This document shows positions 54,444 to 64,000 of a stretch of DNA of 64,000 nt, in pieces. Made by a program: the position numbers and the translations under genes. Source of the DNA: Paraphysomonas bandaiensis (lineage: Eukaryota; Protista; Chrysophyceae). Under the pieces are notes generated by a model. That model saw only the letters and a list, made by a program, of their open reading frames with translations, did not search any database and had not been told where the DNA came from. Numbering within the stretch: the stretch's first letter is position 1; each line of letters starts with the position of its first letter. The stretch spans positions 148,316 to 212,315 of the forward strand of contig CBFFRP010000277.1 of the NCBI GenBank assembly GCA_965644295.1, written 5' to 3'.

Positions 54444-57400
54444 TTAACCTCTTCGGGGTCGCTTCTTCTGCTGCTCCTCAACTCTGGTTGACACACTTCT
54501 CTTAACCCCGGTAATAGTTTTCTCATGACGACTGAAAAGTTTCGTTGACAATGCCTTCGTGAAAATATCAGCCGCCATATCATCCGTCGACACATGAATC
54601 AACTTTGCCGTAGGAAATTTTCCATTTACATGCTCTCTCACCCAGTGATACTTGATGTCTATATGCTTCGACCTCTTATGATACACAGGATTCTCGGAGA
54701 GATCTTTCGCACTCTTGCTATCCATAAAGAATGGAGTCGGCTTCGCAACTAAGAGCCCGAGCTCCTTGAACACCCCCCGAAGCCACACCAGTTCTTGCAT
54801 AGCCGCATACTCCGCCATATATTCAGATTCCATGCTCGAAGTTGCAACTGTGGTCTGTAGTTTAGACTGCCAGGCCAATGCGCCTGCACATAAGAACACA
54901 ATGTATCCTGTTGTCGATCGCCGAGTCAGTCTATCACCAGCCCAATCTGAATCACTGAACACATGTAAGTCGAACTCACTCCCACTGAATCTGATGCCCT
55001 CATCAATTGTTCCACGCAAATATTTCAATAAGTGAATCGCCAGTTTGCACGATGCATATGTCGGACAACTACTAAATCGAGACAATAACCCCACTGCATA
55101 AGCCAGATCAGGTCTAGTATGCATTGCTAGATACAACACTGCTCCAATAATTTGCCGATACGGAAATGAGTCAACCCACTGCTTCTGCTCCTCCGTAAGT
55201 TCACGTTCCTCTGCCAACAGATCCTGAACATTAGTAGGTAGTGGGGCCTCCTTATTCTTACTACTCTTTCCCATAACTGAGCTGAATTTCTTGATAATAT
55301 TCTTAGCATACTCAGATTGATCTAACATATACCAATTTTCTCCTCTGGTTATCCTGATGTTCAGAAATCGCTTACACACTCCCAGATCATGCATCTCGAA
55401 TGTTTCACAGAACCTACGCTTTACGCTTTCCAAGTAAGTCAGATCAGCGGATGCAATTATGATATCATCAACATATATCAATAATAAATGCAGTTTTCCG
55501 TTACTCCATCGCATATACAAACACGTATCCAAAATACACGGAGTAAAATGCAATGATTTAATAAACTTGTCAATATGTTTATTCCACTGTCGCGGTGAAG
55601 ATCGCAGTCCATACAATGCCTTGATTAGTTGAAAACACCATCCAGCTAGTAATTCCTCATCTGGTGGAGGTGCCATATACACGTCATCCTCCAGATCTGC
55701 ATAGCAAAATGCGGATGATACATCTAATTGATGCACATGCATCTGTAACATAAACGCAATCGCTAACACTAGTCTAATGGTTATACCCTTAACCACTGGA
55801 GCGAAAGTGGACGGCTCCTCCTCCTTCTTCTCTTGGAGATTTCCTAATGCCACTAGCCGAGCCTTGTACTTTACTATATTCCCTAGTATGTCTCGCTTCA
55901 CCGTATGCACATATTTCGCTCTAACTAATTTCACTCCGCTTGGAATTTTCACGATCTTCAAGACACGTCTTTTCAGCAATGATGTCTTCTCCACCATTCG
56001 AGCTTTTCTCTATTGTTGATACTGTGGAGATCTCTCTGCCTCGGCATATGAATTTGGTATCTTGATATCTTCTGTCTCTGCATGGTTAAGATCAATATTA
56101 TGCGCATCCGGTTCTTCAACCATATTAATCTCTCCTAAAACTGACGCGTTTGCCAGTCTCCGCTGCAGCCGTTTGCGTCGGACCCGACCATCACCATCTA
56201 GTTCAATCGGTCGACGAGGTATATAAGAACCCGTACCTTGCTCATCCTGAGCACGCACATCGTGCGTTGTGGGAGGAGCCCCGCTCACAACCCCAGACTC
56301 ATAGTCTTCAGAGGTCTGCAACCTCACAGCTGTCTCCTGACAGGTTGGGTCAGGACTCTCCTGTAACCCTCCAGGTCTTCCCTGGTCCAGCACCCTGGCT
56401 GGCATAGTACTCAGGGCGTCCCCCTTTCCTATATATCCGGTATTCCCGGGAGTTTCTGCAGTCATTCGCACTACGTCCTCGACGTGAATCGGCACCCGGT
56501 GCTCGATATGCTTCCGACCTGCAGTTACCAGAGATCGATAGGCTACTATTACCCCCTTTCGTTCTACTACTCTCGTGGTCTTGTAGAGAAGACCATCCTC
56601 ATCATCAATATGATATGTACCTTCTAAGCCCGCATAGTCAGACACAATTTTCGGTCTCTCGGCCTCCTTCACTCGAAGAGCATCTATCTCAGCGAAATAG
56701 CTCTCCGAGCGTGACGGTATGGACTCATCAGTTAATACATGTACCGACGTGACGACCCTATCAGTCGCAGGTAGATATACATCATATCCTACCTTTTCAT
56801 CTGAATATCCTATCAGATATCCGATAAGGGCCTTGTCGTCCCAGTCTTTCCGTCGATCCGCCTTTGTAGTGAGGACATACGCACGACACCCCCATACTCT
56901 GAGATATTTCAGGTTGGGAGCCTCACCAGTCAAAAATTCAAGAGGGGACATATACCCCTTCGCTGTCTTTGTAGGCAATCGAATTAATATGTACCTGGCT
57001 GCCATGTAGGCATCTAGCCAAAACTGTGAAGGCAATCCTGACTGAATCAGCATCGCTAATGTCATCTCACCACAGGTCCTGAATTTCCGCTCCTCAATCG
57101 CGTTCATCTCAGGAGAGTCCGTAGAGCTCCACGTATGTTGATAGCAACCCTGTGACCTAAGATATTGTCGCAGCTCATCACATATTAGCTCCCCTGCTCC
57201 ATCTGCATGGTAATGATGCATTTCTAATTTGTACCTTTTCACATCTCCTTCAAAAATCTTCTTGAAAACCTGCAGTACCGATGACCCAGTCCTATGAACA
57301 AGCCCTTCCGACCAGAACATCCGACTGGCATGGTGTGTTAGTTTGAGCACATATATTTCCCCTCCTCGAGCTGGACAATTTAAGTATACTGCTATATCGG

Positions 57401-59155
57401 CCGAGAAATTTGGACGAACGGAGTCCTCATCCTTTGTCCGAAAACTTACTCTGGTGATCTTCGCCCTGGCGCATACATCACATAGACACTGTTCTTTGGA
57501 AACACGTTTCGAGAGATGTTTTCGTTTCAGTCCAGTCCCAATAATTAGCATTCTTTTGTGGGCTTCTACCAACGCATGCTTGTTAAAATGACCCGCTCTC
57601 CTATGTAACAGCTCCAGTTCATCCTCACCCGTACGGTCACTGAGATTTACTTCTGAATCACTGGATGTCGATACGTCTGGAAGCTCCAATAACTGCTGTG
57701 TTGGCACAGCAGTCATTCCATTCTTCATAGGTCCCTCCAACACCAGCTCATCCGTATTTCTGTCATATATCTGTATACCATACCATACAGTAAATCGATA
57801 TCCCATATCGTTCAACTTCCGTCCAGAACAAAGACACCGATTTATCTGACTTGATACCTCAATGTTCTTCCATGCTCCACGGGAACCTACACTCGTGACG
57901 CATATCTCTGACCCTTTTTCGAACCATTAATAACCTTTGATGTGTGCATATGACTATCAAGTATATTCACATCATTTATCAAAAACATTGATGACGAACA
58001 ACAGGTATCAATGTATGTATAGTGAATATCCTCATGCACACTACTGCATATATTCGTCTCATACACATTACATGACAAGTGATACTCTTCCTGTTGCTCG
58101 ATCATATTTGCTTCGTCTTCGTCAGACAAATCCGCTGGCTCTCCACGCCTGATGTTTTCAACTGTAAGTAGTCTTTTGTCTGGTTTCCTTCCATCTTGAA
58201 ACCTCACAGCCTTGCTCTTGCTTTGCGAGTACTTCTTTTTCGATGCTGGACAATCGATGGCAAGATGTTCCTTTGACTTACAATTTCTGCACCCAGTATA
58301 TTCGGCACTTCCAGGTCGCTGCCCTGTAATCTCTGTATCCTTCTTCATCGGCTTCTTCTTACCGTTGTTCTTCTTACGATGATCCCTCTCTCTGCGATAT
58401 CGTTTCTTACTGTCTATCAGGTTCAGCTCCTCCACTCTTTTACGCTTCTTCTCCAACGCTTCCTTCCCAGCCATAGTATCATCATAGCCTTCTATCTTAC
58501 GTGATACAGTTACATAATTAACATCATCATCCATCAAGTATAATCCAACTCTCAGTTGAGCATACTCTTCATTGAGCAAGCCTTCTCGTAGTCGACTTGT
58601 TTTTGATACCTCCGAGATATCCTGCTGCTGCTCCTGTAGTTCCTTCAGCAGTAGTTCGAACCGTAGTACGTAGTCCTTCGCCGTCTCCTCCGGACGCATA
58701 CGGAAAGAACCATATTGAGTTAAGAGGTCACTGATCCTATTTTGCTTCCCTCCAGCAAAACACTTCTTCAACTCATCAATCATTACATGTGTTTTGAACC
58801 TGTTTACACCACTCCCTTCTGCCTTGAACGCTTTGTGGGTAAGATGGAATTTACGCAGCGCTTTCGGGGAATGCTGCACCGCATCCCTGCAGTAAGAATA
58901 AGCTATGGCGTTCGCCTTCCAATACCTCTTCACAGCCTGTCTGTACGCCTTCTCCTCCATCAACGTAAGTGGCTGCTCCCCGAAGTCGCTCTCCTTAGGT
59001 GGCAGTTCCACCGCTACCTCGCTTTGTTCCTTCCTCATAAGGAATGTCTCGAAGTCCTCAATCCATTGTTCAACGTTAGTCTCGTTGAACTGAGGAACTA
59101 CTCCTCTATCCTCCTTCTCTCCTCCTCGCTCGCTACCATGTTGGGAAATGCTCAT
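54444..59155 (-). pseudogene. pol: Copia gag-pol with one frameshift (~57912) and one TAG (56010-56012) at an expected Trp
   Basis: Knuckle CRNCKSKEHLAIDC, IN LHRRAGH/CDVC/HADGAGE/PEMNAIEER, RT KYKARLVA/KALYGL/YVDD, RNase H SDSDWAG/SMESEY/RSKHIDIKYH. Split into ORFs 57887..59155, 56010..57815 and 54444..55997. Confidence 0.93.
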
Positions 59156-59431
59156 TTTACTTAGATCAAAGAGAGATTAAGTTGTTAGACTAGATAGATT
59201 TATTAATATCGTTTACACAAATTGTGTTAAACAACACAAGCTCGTTTTGTGCCATGCATAAATCACTACTTCTGTAGACCTTTCGCTACTAAACATATCT
59301 TGAAAGAGCAAACTATTTCAGTTTTCTCAATATCATAACAGCATCTACACATCACCATACATCACTGTATTCTCGTACATTGTCTTCAAGTACCACATTG
59401 AATATACTAGGATACAGTCCATATTCTAATA
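59139..59431 (-). repeat. Copia 5' LTR
   Basis: Identical to 53978-54270 and followed on the minus strand by a TGG-type PBS. Confidence 0.97.
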
Positions 59432-59739
59432 CTTAATTTAAAGCACACAGCTGAAATTGGTCAACTTAAGCGAATTATTGAATTTATCTGTTCAATACAG
59501 TATATTTATCCATTGGTCTTTAGTAGATAATACTTGCAATCATGGTCATTACTTCGTATTATAATAAAACTCACTCATGTTTTCACTTTTAATTGATATT
59601 TTGTTGACTACACTATATATATATAGGATGCACCATGAACATTGTTGTCTAACATTGTTTAGAGTTTCTTCGGAGTATAGAGGATAGAGAAGATACTATA
59701 TATTATCTTAAAAATACTCAAGTTCTATATATAGCAGTA

Positions 59740-59823
59740 CAGGTCATTAATGGTAGTGCAATTCCCGGCAATTATAATGGCATTACCATTAATGTCATTA
59801 CTATTAACGGTTACCAGACCCTG
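59740..59823 (-). mobile_element. Second, diverged copy of the hAT-type MITE
   Basis: Reverse complement cagggtctggtaacc...taatggtaatgccattataattgccgggaattgcactaccattaatg matches 42755-42820. No TSD visible. Confidence 0.8.
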
Positions 59824-59946
59824 GGATGCACAGCTACTTCATGGTTGTAAAATTATTATATATCCCAATGCTGCCCCCTCCCATTGTTTTTCAACAGTTC
59901 TACAGAGTATTCATACACAAATCAAATAGGTATTGAAATTCTTTTT

Positions 59947-60118
59947 ATTTAGCAATAGGCGTTAAAACTCGTTCCGATATAGTGGCTAGTTGAATGCTAG
60001 ACCTACTAGTTAGACCACCTACCCATAACTAATCACCACAAATTCTATTATCCTACTATTTAGCGCTACAGAAGCTGCTTGTGCGTCGCCGCAAGCACCA
60101 AGGTGCAACCACTTCCGT
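59947..60118 (+). repeat. Dispersed repeat family X, copy D
   Basis: gctagttgaatgctagac...atcctactattt...gaagctgcttgtgcgtcgccgcaagcaccaaggt...accacttccg is shared with 36901-37070. Confidence 0.88.
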
Positions 60119-60375
60119 TCTTAATGTTGTTTGTGAGCTTCGCCCTGCTCGTGTGTCTTAGGACTCACTGGCGCTTGTTGTCCGGGCGTCTCCCCTTGGG
60201 ATAAGGTTCCACCAGGCTCTGAGGTACAAATAAATTAACGCACTTTATTTGAAAATTTTGCTGCAATATCAGTAAAAGTGTGTATTAGTGACCGTCTGAT
60301 TATTAGAAATGGGCGTTTAAGCGTCAGAACTAATGTAGCATTATTGCAATTTAGCTAACGAGTGCTTAACTATGA

Positions 60376-60511
60376 TATCCTACTATATTTAACGCTACAA
60401 AAGCTGCTTGTGCGTCACCGCATGCGCCTGAGGTTCGTTCTATATCACTCAGAGCAAACGCAGTGAACAAGTAGAATGTAGATATCCCTGACATCTGCTG
60501 ATTTCAGTATT
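60376..60511 (+). repeat. Dispersed repeat family X, copy E
   Basis: tatcctactatatttaacgctacaaaagctgcttgtgcgtcac...gcaaacgcagtga...agaatgt.gatat.cctgac is shared with copies A, C and D. Confidence 0.8.
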
Positions 60512-60796
60512 CCAGGCAGAGTACAAGATCTTGATACGACTCAATATCCGGATATTTAGATATCAGCTGCAGTGGTGAGCATGAAAACCCTATGTTCTAC
60601 GGAAAATCCAGAATTCCATGTAAGAAATGCATAAAAATGACCCTTTTTAAATTCTATAGCATGAAAGCTGTGCAAGATACGCGGATTTTTTCAAATCTGT
60701 TAGTTCAATTTTCAAATAAATCTGCACACAGACTCGTTCATGTCTCCGCATTGTTGAACTGCTCAGAATAATTTTGAATCAATCATAAATCTCAAT

Positions 60797-61957
60797 ATGA
60801 CTACAATGGATAAGTGATATGCCTCAGAAATGACTCTTGGGATGTTAGTTTCCTAGAGATTAAGGATCAGCTCCCAGGAGAATCCCCTAAAGTGTCAGAG
60901 TTTAGGACCCTTGAGATGAATGGTCTGTTGGAGCCAGAGCCACTACTAATGGAAGATAAGGGTAGATTTGTGCTCTTTCCAATCAAGCATACAGATGTAA
61001 GCCAACTTTTGATTACAAGAAGCTCTCAAGTTGACAGTGTACTGTAGATATGGGACATGTATAAGAAAGGCAGAAGCGTCTTTCTGGACTGCGGAGGAGG
61101 TGGACTTAGCCAGCGATCATAAAGACTGGGCTAATCTTACTAGAAATGAGAGACATTTTATCACTCGTAGCACTTGCATTTTTCGCTGCATCTGACGGTA
61201 TTGTTAATGAGGGTTTGGCAATGAACTTTTCCAGTGAGGTTCAGTCGTCTGAAGCACGATGCGTCTACGGATTTCCAGATTGCTATCGAAAATATTCATT
61301 CTGAAGTCTACTCCCTACTGATCGACCCACATACGTGCGTGACATAAATGAAAAAGCGAACCTTCTTAATGCCAGTGAGACTGTCCCTTGTGTACAAAAG
61401 AAGGCTAACTGGGCCCTAAAGTGGTGCAATCGGGACACTGCTTCTTTTGCCGAGAGGGTTATCGCGTTTGCATCAGTGGGAAGGGATATTTTCCGATGGA
61501 TCATTTTGCGCTATATTCTGGTTGAAAAAACGGGGCTTGATGCCTGGACTTTGCTTTTCTAATGAGCTGATTTCACGTGACGAGGGTATGCATTGTGATT
61601 TCGCTGTGCTTCTCTGTTCCAAACTCGTCAATAGGCTTCCACAAGAACGAATTTATGAGATTATTGGCGAAGCAGTTGAAATTGAGTCTGAGTTTTGTGA
61701 GTGACGCTTCTTTCGTGGAGCTTATTGGCATGAACGGTCGCCTGATGACACAGTACACATAAAGTTTTGCGCTGACCGTCTTTTAGTGGATCTCGGCTGT
61801 AGAAAAAAAATATAAGGTTGCTAATCCGTTTGACTGGATGGATATGATATCGCTTCAAGGAAAGACGAATTTTTGAGAAACGGGCTCTGAATATGCGAAG
61901 AGTGGAGTTGGTGTTGAAGCATCTCAGCAGGTCATATCTTTCGACGAAGATTTCTGA
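60797..61957 (+). pseudogene. RNR2: Ribonucleotide reductase small subunit (R2) pseudogene, intron-retaining
   Basis: [91 protein letters not shown]-terminal FDEDF. Motifs are spread over three frames by many indels. Intron at about 60997-61048. Confidence 0.93.
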
Positions 61958-62605
61958 AACTAATTGTGAAGTATTGTGGTCATGGTGCAGTCGCCAACGC
62001 TGCTGGATTTGTAATGTTATATTTGAAATATTCTAGGTGTTTCGGTACTGAGTAGTTTTTTCATTGAAGAGATGAGATAATTTTGTAAAATATGCCATCA
62101 TTCTCGTAGGTTTTATGTTTGTTACTACTGAACCACGAATTGCGATAAATGTAAATAAAAATGATTGGGCAACATCGAAGTGGATAATAGAGAAAAACAT
62201 AATAATTCTACTTTGGTCATTAAAATATGCGTCCTTCTTCTCTGTCATGTGATATACAGTATATATATTATATATGCATTTAAAGAAATTTAAGATAATT
62301 TTCGTGAGGCCAGCGAGTCTTAGAAAGATTTCAAACTTTAAAAATGCAATTTCTTTCGTTGTTTAGCTTTTCATGTATATGATTTACAATTTTACACGTC
62401 AATACGCTGGAGATAGCCTCATGCTTGCGTAATACATATACACGTAGCCCTTGTCTTGCTTTGTTTCACACTGCACACGACAATAACTCACAACTTATTA
62501 ATGTAAGACCTGATAGTATCAGTTACATGTGCTTATCGCTTATATAATCCTCTGAGCAATTCTATATCTTATATAGGCATACATCCTTTTTTAAAATATA
62601 ATTAC

Positions 62606-62886
62606 CCCCCTCAACATGATCGGACTCTTTTCATTGGTGTTCTGGGGGATAAGTACCGGAGATATTTCTCCGCATGCACGAGTCAACGGATTGGTTCTAC
62701 CCGCTGGGCCATGTCTTATGTGGTACAAGGCACTAATATGTGTCATTTTTGTAGTAAATATTTAATTCCCTGAAAATTAAATAGGCATTCAGGGAATGGG
62801 CTCACCTGAAGGGCATCCGGGTATTAGGCCGTAAGCCGCCACCATGAAGTCAAGCGTCTGAGCTGTTTACCTTACATGGACTCAAA
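62606..62886 (-). repeat. Dispersed repeat family X, copy F
   Basis: gataagtaccggagatatt, gggaatgggctcacct.aagggcatccggg and tgaagtcaagc...gctgtttacctt...ggactcaaaat are shared with copies A and C. Confidence 0.82.
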
Positions 62887-63055
62887 ATTCGTTACCCCTG
62901 AGTTCCAAATATGTCCCTTATTGCACACTACTAACTGATCTCAACTGAACAATATATGTTGTATCACACAGTAGAACTGAACAACGCCAATACTATCCCA
63001 ACTATGTACAAAACAAGTACGCAATAAATTCACTACTAAAAGTACTTACTATTTG

Positions 63056-64000
63056 TTAATATACACAGCGCCTTAAGCTCACTAGTCGAAGACAAATGTC
63101 AACGTACTTATACAAATGGATTATACTAGATACATACACACGCATGGGAGGGAGGATTCTTCGAATCTGTAATAGTATAAATGGTAGTATTTTACTGACT
63201 AATAACTGTATATATATAAAGCTATTTGTGAAGTGTAACCAAAAATACCGCATGACAAGCCCGCTATTTTTAATAGCACAGTGACAAAACGTGGTACATG
63301 TTATAGTATTGAATGATATTAGCTTTTTCAATTGGCCTTTATAACTGCATGTAGGACTGGACTTCATAAAGCCAATCGAATTATTGCAGAAAACAACATA
63401 CAAGAACATATACATGCCAAAATTGCAGCCGAACAGTTGAACAATATTAAAACTAGCACTTTACAAACCGTAGAATACGCGGTATACGTATAAAGCACCA
63501 CCTGTACACAAAATCTTCTGGTACCTTCATATGGTACCTCAACATGAACGCCAAAGTGTGCGAAAGAGTGCTTAAGCACACCAATCGAAATATCATCTGC
63601 TGATGAAAGTATATGCTCTGAGAGTTTTTATCTCATGAATATACAAACAGTCCGAACGAATCGCATCAACAAACGAGACATCTTCTAACAATATATCTGC
63701 ACATTGTGTAGTGTCTCTAAAGCGTGCAGCTGGCAGCGCTAGACCCTGCACGAACCTCTTAATAAGCGACATAGAAGCAGGCATGTTGTGATAAAGCACG
63801 AAATTATATACAGTGCTCGGTTGGCAACAGTGTGCTTGAATTGGTATCATAAGAAAATCGGAAAGCTGTTGGAGTACAACGGTAGGAGTGAAGAGCTCGC
63901 GGCGGATAGTTTCGTCATAGCCGAAGTCACAATAGAGTCCAGCACGCAGAAAAAGCAATATTTCCTCAGTCACTGGCGCAGTTAGTGATGTTCCTCTACT
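63056..64000 (-). CDS. 3' part of an unidentified intron-containing gene running off the window end
   Basis: ORF 63593..63973 is followed by plausible ~50-nt introns and further open exons (YDISIGVLKHSFAHFGVHVEVPYEG...). No family recognised and the 3' end is uncertain. Confidence 0.4.

Larger units (their letters stand above)
53978..59431 (-). mobile_element. Full-length Ty1/Copia LTR retrotransposon
   Basis: Identical 293-bp LTRs (53978-54270 and 59139-59431), 5-bp TSD cttaa (53973-53977 and 59432-59436), PBS TGGTAGCGAGCG after the 5' LTR, PPT gagtgggag. Domain order gag-PR-IN-RT-RH. Confidence 0.98.

Noticed and set aside
56010-56012. TAG reassignment or programmed read-through
   Set aside because: TAG is the normal stop of several host genes here (der, sucC, trxB, purB), and the CAR-YYA read-through context is absent. 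A TGG-to-TAG mutation is simpler.

Overview
Eukaryotic nuclear DNA with short (~45-55 nt) GT-AG introns. The P-T-G-Q-P-S mucin repeats and gene content suggest a stramenopile, possibly chrysophyte-like (inference). Housekeeping-type genes: mitochondrial Der/EngA GTPase, succinyl-CoA ligase beta, low-Mr thioredoxin reductase with a signal peptide, adenylosuccinate lyase, an ABC1/UbiB kinase and a two-domain HSF. Unusual genes: (i) a ~1,650-aa ankyrin/Zn-finger/kinase/TIR fusion with the TIR catalytic Glu apparently retained, a candidate one-gene immune sensor-effector; (ii) a SNF2 remodeler with NZF, MIU-like, split PHD and NEMO-type zinc-finger motifs; (iii) a chitin synthase head-to-head with a very large membrane-anchored mucin-like protein bearing Cys-periodic 48-aa repeats and two copies of an unrecognised globular domain. 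Mobile DNA: a >=3.6-kb fold-back palindrome at the window start; a young chromodomain Gypsy element (identical 317-bp LTRs, 4-bp TSD) inserted in a host exon, whose 3' LTR supplies an in-frame hydrophobic N-terminus; a young Copia element with TA...CA LTRs and an extra integrase C-terminal domain; small MITEs; and a six-copy modular dispersed repeat. A disrupted, intron-retaining ribonucleotide reductase small-subunit pseudogene lies near the end. All exon structures and domain calls were made by eye.
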